Part shown: positions 19,150-28,881 of the stretch, piece after piece
How the letters are laid out: every line of letters starts with the position of its first letter
Position numbering within the stretch: position 1 is the stretch's first letter
Assembly (NCBI RefSeq): GCF_003428155.1
Contig: NZ_QLIR01000002.1
Location: 215,182 to 247,181, forward strand
Direction: 5' to 3'
Length of the DNA: 32,000 bases
DNA from: Fastidiosibacter lacustris
Lineage (GTDB): Bacteria; Pseudomonadota; Gammaproteobacteria; Francisellales; Francisellaceae
The notes under the pieces: model-generated
Seen by the model: only the letters and a program-made list of their open reading frames with translations
What the model was told of the DNA's origin: nothing
The model's database searches: none
Position numbers and translations under genes: made by a program

Positions 19150-19938
19150 ATGTTACAGCATTATGCTTTGGTGCTTGAGTATTGTGGCACTAAATACAGT
19201 GGTTGGCAAAGGCAAATACATAGTAAGAGTGTACAAGAAGTATTAGAAAATGCTTTATCACAAATTGCTAATCAAAAAATACAAGTGGTATGTGCAGGGC
19301 GTACAGATGCAGGTGTTCATGCTACTGCTCAAGTGGTGCATTTCTCGACAACAGCAGTTAGAAAGTTGCAAGCATGGGTATTAGGTACTAATGCGCATTT
19401 GCCAAACGATATTAAGATTAGTTGTGCCTATCAAGTAGATGTAAATTTTAGCGCACGCTTTAGCGCATTATATCGCCGCTATCAATATGTTATTTATCAA
19501 CATAAAACCAGCAGTGCTTTATGGTATGAGCGTAGTACATGGTTTAACCAAAACCTAGACATATTGGGCATGAATGAAGCTTGCCAGTATCTTCTTGGTG
19601 AGCAAGATTTTAGTGTATTTCGTTCATCACAATGCCAATCACTTAGCACTAATCGGAATATTCACCATGCTTATTTTACGCAAAAAAACGCATTCATCAT
19701 ATTTGATATTCAAGGTAATGCTTTTTTGCATCACATGGTAAGAAATATTGTTGGATCGATGTTAGAGGTGGGTTTGTCTAAACGCACGCCACAGTGGATA
19801 CAAACGCTTATTGCAAAAAAAGATCGCACATTAGCAGGTCAAACTGCGCCAGCTCAGGGTTTATATTTAATTGAGGTGGGCTATCCGGAGCATCTAGGCA
19901 TTAAAGCATATCAATATGTTCCATTTATTCATCATTAA
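19150..19938 (+). CDS. truA: tRNA pseudouridine(38-40) synthase
   Basis: 262 aa; 'YSGWQRQ', 'CAGRTDAGVHATAQVVHF', 'HNFLHHMVRNIVG'-type motif 'NAFLHHMVRNIVGSMLEVG'. Confidence 0.95.
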   Translation: MLQHYALVLEYCGTKYSGWQRQIHSKSVQEVLENALSQIANQKIQVVCAGRTDAGVHATAQVVHFSTTAVRKLQAWVLGTNAHLPNDIKISCAYQVDVNFSARFSALYRRYQYVIYQHKTSSALWYERSTWFNQNLDILGMNEACQYLLGEQDFSVFRSSQCQSLSTNRNIHHAYFTQKNAFIIFDIQGNAFLHHMVRNIVGSMLEVGLSKRTPQWIQTLIAKKDRTLAGQTAPAQGLYLIEVGYPEHLGIKAYQYVPFIHH

Positions 19939-20177
19939 AATGAGGTTTTGATTATGTCGTGTAGGTTTTATTTAGAACTGCTAATTTATATTTGGTTTTC
20001 CTCTATAAGCTTGCTATATTGCCGATGGCAGAAATATGCTTGCAGAATTCACTTTTAATTTTATCAGTCAAATTATAAGCTTGATTTAACTTGGGTTTAG
20101 ATTGGTGAACGAGCGTTAAGATAATTTTGCAAGTATTTCGTTATGAATTGTAAATTGAGTTAAGTTGGAGGAACAAG

Positions 20178-21317
20178 ATGATTATTGGTATTCCTAAAGA
20201 AATTAAAAATCATGAATATCGTGTTGGGTTAACACCTGGGAATGTTGCAGAGTTTGTTCATCATGGTCATAGCGTATTGGTTGAACATGATGCAGGTGAT
20301 GCAATAGGGTTTTCAAATGAAAGTTATATAGAGGCGGGTGCAAGCATTGTTGATGATCCAGCCCAAATATATGCTAAAGCTGATATGATTATTAAAGTAA
20401 AGGAGCCTCAACCTAATGAATGTAAAATGCTGCGAAAAGGACAGCTCCTGTTTACTTATTTGCATTTAGCACCTGATCCATTACAAACGAAACTCTTATT
20501 GGAATCAGGCTGTACTGCGATTGCTTATGAAATGGTTACTGATAAAAATGGTCGATTACCTTTATTAACTCCAATGAGTGAGGTGGCGGGGCGCTTGTCT
20601 GTGCAAGCTGGTGCCCATTGCCTAGAAAAAGCTCAAGGCGGTAGTGGTGTGCTTTTAGGTGGTGTGCCAGGTGTGAAATCAGCAAAAGTTGTAGTTATTG
20701 GTGGGGGTGTTGTGGGTTTAAATGCAATTCGCATGGCGATTGGTATGGAAGCACATGTAACGGTGTTAGACAAATCTCTAGATCGCCTACGGGAATTAGA
20801 TGATTATTTTGGTCCTAAACTTAATTGTATCTATGCAACGAAGGATAACCTTGAAAAATATGTGCAAGAAGCAGATTTGGTGATCGGTGCAGTATTAGTG
20901 CCAGGGGCGGCTGCACCTAAACTTGTAACAAGAGAAATGATCAAAAATATGAAAAAAGGTTCAGTCGTTGTTGATGTTGCCATTGATCAAGGAGGCTGTT
21001 TTGAAACTTCAAGACCAACAACGCATCAAAACCCGACCTATGTAGTTGATGGTGTGGTGCATTATTGTGTTGCTAATATGCCAGGTGCGGTTGCAAGAAC
21101 CTCAACGGTTGCTTTAAATAACGCGACGCTTCCGTTTGCATTGCAACTTGCTAACAAAGGTTATAAGAAGGCAATTGTTGAGAATGTGCATCTAGAGCAT
21201 GGCTTAAGCGTTCATAATGGAATGCTAACTTCACTGCCAGTGGCGGAAGCCTTAAACATTCCTTATGTAAATCCTCTGGAAGCCTTAAATAGCAAAGGAC
21301 AAGCATTTGTGGCATAA
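20178..21317 (+). CDS. ald: Alanine dehydrogenase
   Basis: 379 aa; '[27 protein letters not shown]', '[26 protein letters not shown]', '[19 protein letters not shown]', '[40 protein letters not shown]'. Confidence 0.96.
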   Translation: MIIGIPKEIKNHEYRVGLTPGNVAEFVHHGHSVLVEHDAGDAIGFSNESYIEAGASIVDDPAQIYAKADMIIKVKEPQPNECKMLRKGQLLFTYLHLAPDPLQTKLLLESGCTAIAYEMVTDKNGRLPLLTPMSEVAGRLSVQAGAHCLEKAQGGSGVLLGGVPGVKSAKVVVIGGGVVGLNAIRMAIGMEAHVTVLDKSLDRLRELDDYFGPKLNCIYATKDNLEKYVQEADLVIGAVLVPGAAAPKLVTREMIKNMKKGSVVVDVAIDQGGCFETSRPTTHQNPTYVVDGVVHYCVANMPGAVARTSTVALNNATLPFALQLANKGYKKAIVENVHLEHGLSVHNGMLTSLPVAEALNIPYVNPLEALNSKGQAFVA

Positions 21318-21728
21318 ACCAAATAATTCAATGGTGTGTTGACTAATAGCAAACGCACTTTTTTGTGCGAGTTTTTGTAATGTTTGATCTAGTTGTTCAT
21401 CGTGTTGTTCGATCTTTGTGCCACAGTTTTTGCAGATAAATAGCTGGCAAATGTGTTTTTCTGGATGACAACAAATCGTATAGCAATTGGTTGTATGGAT
21501 GCGATGAATCAATTCATTTTGACACAAAAAATCTAAGACGCGATAGATAGACATGATGTTGTAATTTTTATCCTTGCTTTGCTCGTTTAATTTAGCAAGC
21601 AACTCATAAGCTGTAATCGGTTGGTTTTGTTCAGATAAAAGAAGAATGATGAGCTTACGTAAACTTGTAAGCTTGATGCTGTGCTTTAAGCAATGGCTTT
21701 CTATGTGTGCAACAACGTTATTCATCAT
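21285..21728 (-). CDS. zur: Zinc uptake regulator Zur (Fur family)
   Basis: 'LTSLRKLIILLLSEQNQPITAYELLAKL', 'SIYRVLDFLCQNELIHRI', paired Cys motifs 'FICKNCG' and 'LCHKC'; last gene of the znu unit. Internal ATG at 21728 preferred over the ORF-track start 21797. Confidence 0.87.
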   Translation of the reverse strand: MMNNVVAHIESHCLKHSIKLTSLRKLIILLLSEQNQPITAYELLAKLNEQSKDKNYNIMSIYRVLDFLCQNELIHRIHTTNCYTICCHPEKHICQLFICKNCGTKIEQHDEQLDQTLQKLAQKSAFAISQHTIELFGLCHKCLSFAI

Positions 21729-21730
21729 TT

Positions 21731-22525
21731 TTACTGCCACATTAGGTTTTTGATAAGACCGATTATATAAATCAAACAAATAATCATAGTAATACAAAAG
21801 CTGGCAGGAAGGTTAACATAAAATGCTAAACATAACGCCCCCCAAACGCTAATAAGCGAGATCATAATACTTAGAAGCATGCTTTTATAAAATCCATCGC
21901 TCCATTGAAAGGCGCTAGCAGCTGGTCCAATAAGAAGAGTAAATACTAAAAGTGCGCCAACAATTTGGCATGCCATTGTGACTGTGAGTGCCAAAATAAT
22001 GAAAAAAATCATCGACAGTAATCTGCTTGGAATGTTTTTAGATTGGGCAATAATAGGATCAATTGAGCAAAAAAAGAGTGATCTGGCAACAATAGATAAT
22101 GCACATATAATTATGATGGCCATAATTAGTAGTATGATAATCTGTCTATAAGAAACCGTTAGAATATTTCCAAACAAAATTGACATAATCGAGCCAGAGT
22201 AACCAGTTTGATATAGATAGAGAAAATAAGCACCTAAACCTAAGAAAAAGGTGAGAACGATTCCAATGGCAAGGTCATTTTTTTTAATTTTGTCTCCCAT
22301 AAAGCCCATGAAAATTGCCGCAATCATGTTTGCAATGAGCTGACCATTCATGGCAGAGACTCCAATTAACACAGCACCAGAGGCACCGGTAAGGCTGATG
22401 TGACCTAAGCCGTGTGCAGCAAAAGCAGCTTTACGTAACACGACAAAAAAACTTACGATTCCACAGATAATAGCAATGAGGGTACCTGCAATAAAGGCAT
22501 TTTGCATGAAACTATAAAATAACAC
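21731..22525 (-). CDS. znuB: Zinc ABC transporter permease
   Basis: 264 aa polytopic; 'VLRKAAFAAHGLGHISLTGASGAVLIG'; between znuC and zur. Likely start MQNAF at 22507. Confidence 0.92.
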   Translation of the reverse strand: MLFYSFMQNAFIAGTLIAIICGIVSFFVVLRKAAFAAHGLGHISLTGASGAVLIGVSAMNGQLIANMIAAIFMGFMGDKIKKNDLAIGIVLTFFLGLGAYFLYLYQTGYSGSIMSILFGNILTVSYRQIIILLIMAIIIICALSIVARSLFFCSIDPIIAQSKNIPSRLLSMIFFIILALTVTMACQIVGALLVFTLLIGPAASAFQWSDGFYKSMLLSIMISLISVWGALCLAFYVNLPASFCITMIICLIYIIGLIKNLMWQ

Positions 22526-23222
22526 TTTTATCCTCCGTCAAACAGGGTAATTGTGGGCATAAATGGACGTGACCATTTTTAAAATGAATAAAATTATCCA
22601 ACTCGTGCGCAATTTCGTGCATATCATGTGAAATTATCAATAAAGTAATATTTTGTGATCGATGAATTTTCTTGAGCGCATCGATAAAATCATGTTTGGC
22701 TTGCGGATCAAGGTCAGCTAAAGGCTCATCTAATAAAAGTAATTTGGGACTGTTAACTAATGCTTGTATGAGGTAGATGCGTTTTTTTTGACCGCCAGAT
22801 AGAGTTTCAAAAGCTTGATTTGCATAGCTTGATGCGCCAACGATCTCAAACAACTGATCAAGCATTTTATTGAATTTTTGACCAAAAAAAGGCATGCCGA
22901 ATTTATTGGATTTAAAACTTGCTTTTACAAGCGTTTTACCAGAAATATGCTGGCTTAGATTAAGCTCACGTTCCTGTGGGATATAGCTGATTAAATCGTT
23001 ACAAATCCCCACGGGTTTATCAAATACTGTTAATTGTCCAGAGATAGGTGGTTGGATTCCTAAAATGCTTTTTAAAAAAGTGGATTTTCCGATACCATTT
23101 TCACCAACAACTCCTAACCATTGATTTTGGTAAAGACTAAGGTTGATTGGTTTGGATAATTGGTGTTTACCATGCCCAAGCACAAGGTTATGGCATCGTA
23201 TGATAGTTTGTTGCATATTCAT
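22512..23222 (-). CDS. znuC: Zinc ABC transporter ATP-binding protein
   Basis: 'GVVGENGIGKSTFLKSILG'-type Walker A, 'LSGGQKKRIYLIQALVNSPKLLLLDEPLADLDP'. ORF track extends to 23255; ATG at 23222 preferred. Confidence 0.92.
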   Translation of the reverse strand: MNMQQTIIRCHNLVLGHGKHQLSKPINLSLYQNQWLGVVGENGIGKSTFLKSILGIQPPISGQLTVFDKPVGICNDLISYIPQERELNLSQHISGKTLVKASFKSNKFGMPFFGQKFNKMLDQLFEIVGASSYANQAFETLSGGQKKRIYLIQALVNSPKLLLLDEPLADLDPQAKHDFIDALKKIHRSQNITLLIISHDMHEIAHELDNFIHFKNGHVHLCPQLPCLTEDKSVIL

Positions 23223-23317
23223 TATTTTGCGTTCTGAGTGAAGTATTAGTGTCATTTAATTATTGTATTACTTTTACTTTTGTTGGAATAGCGTCGCTAT
23301 TTTATAGAGTGTCCTGT

Positions 23318-24202
23318 TTAATTTTGCTTATTAAAGGCTTTTTCTAGTGCCTTTTGTGTCTCCTCTAAATTTGCGTTAAGCCAAGTAATCACATTGTCAT
23401 TTTGTGGCATGGTTTCTGATATTCCAACTGTTGGGATTTGATTCTCTGTAGCAAGGTTTAGAATGTTGTCGATCACATTATCCTGAACTTGTTGATTGTA
23501 GAATAAAACCTTTACTTTTTTTTGATTGAATAGATTTTGATAGTCAATAAGCATTTTAGGTGTCGGTTCAGCATCATTCATTATTGCCCACTGAAATTTT
23601 TCGCCTAACATTTTTAAACCAAGTGCTTCTGCCATATAGCCAAAAACAGGCTCAGTTGCGGTAACGGCTGTTCCTGCAAAGTGTCCCTTTATTTCATTTA
23701 TTTTGGCATAAACCATTTGATAACGTTCATCAAATGTTTTCATGTTGAGTTTAAAGGTCTTTTCATACTCTGGTTCTAATTGGCTAAAAACAGTTGTTAA
23801 TTTTTTAGCTAATGTTGGAAAGGTATTGGGGTTATACCATAGGTGAGGGTTATCACCACTTTTGGCGTTCATAAGAGCAGCAACATCAATAATTGTAATG
23901 TTATTATTACTTTGTGCATTTAATAATTGTTTTATCCAGGGATCATAATCGGCACCATTGTAAATTACAACTTGTGCGTTATTTATAGCAATCGCAGTTT
24001 GAGTTGAAGTAGTGAAAAGATGTGGGTCAGCATCAGGGTTGTTAATGATGCTAGTTGTTGTAACATAGTCTCCACCAATTAAGCTTGCAACGTTTTCGTA
24101 GAAGTTTTCTGCTGCTACGACTTTAATTTCCGCAGTGGCTTGGTTGTAAAGTAGTATAGTTGTAATGAATATGAAGGTTAAACAAGTCAGTTTTTTGAGC
24201 AT
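23318..24202 (-). CDS. znuA: Zinc ABC transporter substrate-binding protein
   Basis: 'MLKKLTCLTFIFITTILLYNQATAEIKVVAAENFYENVASLIGG', 'NPDADPHLFTTS', 'GDNPHLWYNPNTF'. ATG at 24202; the ORF-track start at 24244 lies inside the Zur-box-like element. Confidence 0.93.
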   Translation of the reverse strand: MLKKLTCLTFIFITTILLYNQATAEIKVVAAENFYENVASLIGGDYVTTTSIINNPDADPHLFTTSTQTAIAINNAQVVIYNGADYDPWIKQLLNAQSNNNITIIDVAALMNAKSGDNPHLWYNPNTFPTLAKKLTTVFSQLEPEYEKTFKLNMKTFDERYQMVYAKINEIKGHFAGTAVTATEPVFGYMAEALGLKMLGEKFQWAIMNDAEPTPKMLIDYQNLFNQKKVKVLFYNQQVQDNVIDNILNLATENQIPTVGISETMPQNDNVITWLNANLEETQKALEKAFNKQN

Positions 24203-24225
24203 GATAATTCTCCTGGATAAAAAGT

Positions 24226-24246
24226 AAATGTTATAATATATCATTT
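24226..24246. promoter_or_regulatory. Zur-box-like operator upstream of znuA
   Basis: AAATGTTATAATATATCATTT: 21-bp palindrome about 24236 with 9 of 10 arm positions complementary, close to the gammaproteobacterial Zur consensus (GAAATGTTATANTATAACATTTC). Confidence 0.8.
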
Positions 24247-24469
24247 ATCTTTTTTAGCAAAAAGATTTCATGTTTTTTTTATTATTGTGCTGTGTAATTG
24301 CCACACCAGCTAAAACTTCCTGGATTTAGTTGGTTTTAAATAGAAAGACTGTAATGCAGATAATGTCTAAATGAAATCAGAATTTACACGTTATGTTTTA
24401 AGATTAATACTAAGTTGTGTTACACTTGAACTAATTTAAGTGAAGCTAAAAATAACAGTACCAGTACAG

Positions 24470-24985
24470 ATGGCAAAACTAGAAATATTAAAATACCCAC
24501 ATCCCTTTTTAAAAAAAAGGGCAAATCCTGTTTCTATAGATAAGATTGATAATTATTTACGTATCACCATTGCCAATATGTTTGAGACAATGTATGAAAA
24601 TCATGGAGGGGGGTTGGCTGCAACTCAAGTTGGGCTTAATATGCGTTTATTTATAATGGATGGCTCAGAAAATAAAGATCAGAAATTTGTTGCAATTAAT
24701 CCTGAGATCATTGAGCGTAAAGGTGAGATTTATGAAGAAGAGGGATGTTTATCTTTTCCTGGGGTATCAGCAAAAGTCAAGCGTGCAGCATGGATAAAAA
24801 TGCGTGCATTAAATGAATTTGGTGAGATGTATGAACTAGAATGTGATGGTTATCATGGACGTTGTATCCAGCATGAAATTGATCATTTAGATGGAATTAC
24901 CTATTTTGATCATTTATCGCCATTAAAACGTCAGATGATTGAGAAAAAATATAAGAAACTTATGCAGGAAAATTCAGAAAAATAA
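24470..24985 (+). CDS. def: Peptide deformylase
   Basis: 'ENHGGGLAATQVGLNMRLFIMDG', 'EEGCLSFPGV', 'CIQHEIDHLDGITYFDHLSPLKR'. ATG at 24470 preferred over GTG 24440. Confidence 0.95.
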   Translation: MAKLEILKYPHPFLKKRANPVSIDKIDNYLRITIANMFETMYENHGGGLAATQVGLNMRLFIMDGSENKDQKFVAINPEIIERKGEIYEEEGCLSFPGVSAKVKRAAWIKMRALNEFGEMYELECDGYHGRCIQHEIDHLDGITYFDHLSPLKRQMIEKKYKKLMQENSEK

Positions 24986-25000
24986 AAGGCTTTCAAATAC

Positions 25001-26074
25001 TTATTCGATTACCCCGCCACCTAAGCAAACTTCACCATTATAAAATACGACTGATTGACCAGGGGTGATGGCGCGTTGTGGTTTTTCAAATTTAACATGT
25101 GTTTTATCCTTTTGAATGTAAACCGTGCAAGCTTGATCAGCCTGGCGATAGCGTGTTTTAGCTGTGCATGTAAATTCTCGATCAGGTGCTTCTCCTTTTA
25201 TCCAATCTAGCTTAATTGCTGTTAAGTTATCTTTGAACAAAAGTGGATGATTATGCCCTTGAACAGCTATAAGCACGTTGTTTTTTAAATCTTTTTTCGC
25301 AGCAAACCACGGAATTTCAGGACGATTTTTAACACCACCTACACCTAAGCCTTGCCGTTGACCAATTGTATAGTACATAAGACCATCATGTTTGCCAATA
25401 ACAATGCCGTTTTCATCATGAATTTCACCTGGTTGTGCTGGCAAATATTGATTCAAGAAAGCTTTGAATTTACGCTCACCAATAAAGCAAATCCCTGTAC
25501 TATCTTTTTTATTATATGTGATAAGCCCATGCTTTTTAGCAATAGCACGTACTTTAGGTTTCTCAAGCTCACCAATAGGGAATAGTGTATATTGAAGTTG
25601 GTCTTGTCCTAATGTGTATAGAAAATAAGATTGATCTTTGTTATGATCTAGTCCTTTTAATAGTTGATGCTCGCCGTTTTCAAGGGTACGTTTACGTGCG
25701 TAATGTCCTGTGGCAATATATTCCCCCCCCAATTGTTTGGCATAGTCCAAAAAAGCTTTAAACTTAATCTCTTTGTTGCACAAAATGTCAGGGTTAGGTG
25801 TGCGTCCTGCTTTATACTCTTCTAAGAAATATTCAAAAACATGATCCCAATATTCCGCTGCAAAGTTGATTCTTTGGAATGGTATACCAATGCTTTGGCA
25901 AATGCTTTGAGCATCTTTAATATCCTCTTTGGCAGAGCAGAATTCATCTGTGTCGTCTTCTTCCCAATTTTTCATAAAAACCCCCGTGACATCAAAGCCT
26001 TGTTGTTTTAATAACAAGGCAGCAACAGAGGAATCTACACCACCAGAAGCACCAACAATTATTTTTTGTGACAT
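25001..26074 (-). CDS. mnmA: tRNA-specific 2-thiouridylase
   Basis: '[26 protein letters not shown]', '[18 protein letters not shown]', 'YIATGHYAR', 'DQSYFLYTL', '[10 protein letters not shown]'. ATG at 26074 preferred over the upstream track start 26170. Confidence 0.96.
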   Translation of the reverse strand: MSQKIIVGASGGVDSSVAALLLKQQGFDVTGVFMKNWEEDDTDEFCSAKEDIKDAQSICQSIGIPFQRINFAAEYWDHVFEYFLEEYKAGRTPNPDILCNKEIKFKAFLDYAKQLGGEYIATGHYARKRTLENGEHQLLKGLDHNKDQSYFLYTLGQDQLQYTLFPIGELEKPKVRAIAKKHGLITYNKKDSTGICFIGERKFKAFLNQYLPAQPGEIHDENGIVIGKHDGLMYYTIGQRQGLGVGGVKNRPEIPWFAAKKDLKNNVLIAVQGHNHPLLFKDNLTAIKLDWIKGEAPDREFTCTAKTRYRQADQACTVYIQKDKTHVKFEKPQRAITPGQSVVFYNGEVCLGGGVIE

Positions 26075-26301
26075 AGAAATTAAAAAGTAATAATAAAAAA
26101 GAGTATGGCTATTGTGCCGCCATTTATTTGAATTTGCAAATACATAGACAGAAGTGTCATAACTCATCATTAAAAATCACTAGGAACTACTAAGTTTTTA
26201 ATAAGTAAACCATGGAAAAATCATTTTTTTTATGATGAATTATGCTCAATAATCTTTATATAATGGTGTTTCATGGCAGTTTTCCTAAGGTGGTTTATAA
26301 A

Positions 26302-28746
26302 ATGGAATATGTGGTGCACAAGTTTGGCGGGAGTAGCCTTGCAGATGTTATTAAAATTAAACACGTGATGAGAATTATTGGCACCACAGCACAATCAGTC
26401 GTTGTTTCTGCAAGTGGGAAAACGACCAGCTTATTAAAAAAGGCAATTGAACTTGCTTTAGAGAATAAAAGTAATCATAAGGTGCTTGAGCAGATTAGTG
26501 AACATCATATGACACTAATCAATGGCTTATGTCCAGATAATAAAAGTGTAATCAAAATTTTTAAAAAGGATATTGAGTATTTAAAACAAATATTGTTGAC
26601 TATTTGTTTAAGTGGCATTTGTGGGGATGCTCTGGAATACTTCATTCTTGGGTTTGGTGAGCTGTGGTCAGCACAGATTTTAACAGTAGTATTACAGCAA
26701 AATGATATTCAAGCTCAGTTTGTTGATGCGTCTACCGTTTTATTTATCGATGACCATCAAAAGCCTGTGGTAATTGATTGGCAAAGAAGCCAACAAGCCG
26801 TTGATAAACATATTATCGATAGAGCGAATAAGATTTACATTATTACTGGATTTATTGCACAAAACCAAGAGGGTAATCGTAGTATTTTAGGTATGAATTG
26901 CAGTGATTACTCATCGGCAATTTTTGCTAAATTGTTACAGGCGAATAAGCTTGTTATTTGGACGGATGTAGCTGGTATATATAGTGCTAATCCTCAAGTT
27001 GTAAAAAATGCAAGGCAGCTTAAACAATTATCATATAAAGAAGCTTTGGAGCTTGCTTATTTTGGTGCGTCAGTCGTGCATCCATTAACGATTAATCCAA
27101 TGATGGAAATGGGTACTCCAATTGAGATTAAAAGTAGTTTTGACCCACAAGATCCTGGAACGGTGATTGTAAAAAAACTTGATCAAGAAAACCTTGCTCA
27201 GTATCTTATCAAAGGATTAACAAGTATTTCCAATGTGGCACTCATGCGTGTGCAAGGTGCTGGTATTATCGGTGTGTCAGGTATGGCAGCAAAGGTATTT
27301 TCAGTACTTGAGCAGGCGCAAGTTTCAGTGATGATGATTTCACAGTCAAGTTCCGAATACTCGATTTGCTTTGCCATTGAATCTAAGTTTGCTAAGAAGG
27401 CAACTAAAGCGCTTGAACGGCATTTTAAAGCAGAGATTGAGCGTGGAGATATAGAGCATATTTACTGCGAAATAGGTTATGCACTTGTCACGGCGGTGGG
27501 AGATGGTTTAAGAGCACAGCCTGGTGCGTTGGCACGCGTGATTAAACCATTAGCTGATGCTAAAATCAATATTCATGCGATTACACAAGGTTCATCTGAA
27601 CGTAGCATCACAGTGACGGTTAAACAATTAGATGAGGATTTGGCGCTTAATTTGATTCATCAGCAAGCAAAGAACCCACCTCTACAAAACTTGGCAGTTG
27701 CAATTATTGGTACTGGTGGAGTTGGTAGCGAACTGATTAAACAGTTGCAAGCACAAAAAGCAAATCTTGAGGCAAAAAGCATCAATTTACAGTTGGTTGC
27801 TCTATTGAATTCTACAAATGCGCTTTATGCAGATGATCTATTAGTAAAAGAAAATCTATTAGGTTTGCTTAAAACAAACGTTGGTGGTCACTCTGACCTT
27901 GATCAGTTAATAAATCATATGCAAGCTTTATCTTGTGCACATAAAGTGATCGTGGATGCAACGGCAAATAGTATAATTGCTGAAAGTTATATTAAGTTTT
28001 TGCAAAATGGGATGAGTATTGTGACACCAAACAAATATGCCAATACCCAATCGATGGCTTATTATCAAACATTAAGAGCAACTGCTCAGCTGCATAACGT
28101 TGAATTTAAATATGAAACAAATGTTTGTGCGGGCTTGCCTTTGATTAGTACTATTCAAAGTATGCAACTAACGGGAGATAAAATTACTAAGATTAAAGGA
28201 GTTTTTTCAGGAACATTAAGCTTTATTTTCAATCAGATAAATCAAGGCAAAACTTTTGTTGAAAGTTTAATGTTAGCTTATAACGATGGCTACACTGAAC
28301 CTGACCCACGTGAAGATTTATCTGGCATGGATGTGGCACGTAAAGTGGTATGTTTAGCACGTGAAATTGGCTTAAGTATCGAGTTAAGTGATATTAACGT
28401 GCAGAACTTAACACCCACTGAATTAAGAAATTGTACAAAAGAAGTGTTCTTGGCAAAGGTTGCAGATTATGATCAGGCATTAACGGATAAATTTAAGAAG
28501 CTCAAAGGCAAATTAGCTGCACTACATTTTATTGGTGAAATTAATGTCAGCGGTAAGGTTGTTGTTTCTGTTTTGCCGTTAGAAGAAACAAGCCCATTTG
28601 TGAATTTAACAGGTGTGGATAATATGGTTTTGATTTATTCTAAACGCTATTGTAATACACCTATGGTGATTAGAGGTGCTGGTGCGGGGACAGAAGTAAC
28701 AGCAGCAGGTGTGTTTTCTGATATTCTATCGCTTGTTCGTGTATAG
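26302..28746 (+). CDS. thrA: Bifunctional aspartokinase / homoserine dehydrogenase
   Basis: 'MEYVVHKFGGSSLADV', 'FGASVVHPLTINPMMEMGTPIEIKS', ACT domains 'SERSITVTVKQLDEDLALNLIHQ', dehydrogenase 'NLAVAIIGTGGVGSELIKQL', 'PREDLSGMDVARKVVCLARE'. ATG 26302 preferred over 26242. Confidence 0.94.
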   Translation: MEYVVHKFGGSSLADVIKIKHVMRIIGTTAQSVVVSASGKTTSLLKKAIELALENKSNHKVLEQISEHHMTLINGLCPDNKSVIKIFKKDIEYLKQILLTICLSGICGDALEYFILGFGELWSAQILTVVLQQNDIQAQFVDASTVLFIDDHQKPVVIDWQRSQQAVDKHIIDRANKIYIITGFIAQNQEGNRSILGMNCSDYSSAIFAKLLQANKLVIWTDVAGIYSANPQVVKNARQLKQLSYKEALELAYFGASVVHPLTINPMMEMGTPIEIKSSFDPQDPGTVIVKKLDQENLAQYLIKGLTSISNVALMRVQGAGIIGVSGMAAKVFSVLEQAQVSVMMISQSSSEYSICFAIESKFAKKATKALERHFKAEIERGDIEHIYCEIGYALVTAVGDGLRAQPGALARVIKPLADAKINIHAITQGSSERSITVTVKQLDEDLALNLIHQQAKNPPLQNLAVAIIGTGGVGSELIKQLQAQKANLEAKSINLQLVALLNSTNALYADDLLVKENLLGLLKTNVGGHSDLDQLINHMQALSCAHKVIVDATANSIIAESYIKFLQNGMSIVTPNKYANTQSMAYYQTLRATAQLHNVEFKYETNVCAGLPLISTIQSMQLTGDKITKIKGVFSGTLSFIFNQINQGKTFVESLMLAYNDGYTEPDPREDLSGMDVARKVVCLAREIGLSIELSDINVQNLTPTELRNCTKEVFLAKVADYDQALTDKFKKLKGKLAALHFIGEINVSGKVVVSVLPLEETSPFVNLTGVDNMVLIYSKRYCNTPMVIRGAGAGTEVTAAGVFSDILSLVRV

Positions 28747-28881
28747 CTTAATCATTTTGGTTTAAAGAGCAGCATTTTGACGAGAAAAAAGTTAGAAATT
28801 GTAATTGCTTAGTCTGAAAGGATTTGTGTCACACTTATTTATGATAGACTACAACCAGAAATAAACTAGTCAGACAAAGCA

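Noticed and set aside
25352-25585. 77-aa plus ORF inside mnmA
   Set aside because: Antisense to conserved MnmA sequence; no ribosome-binding or domain support.
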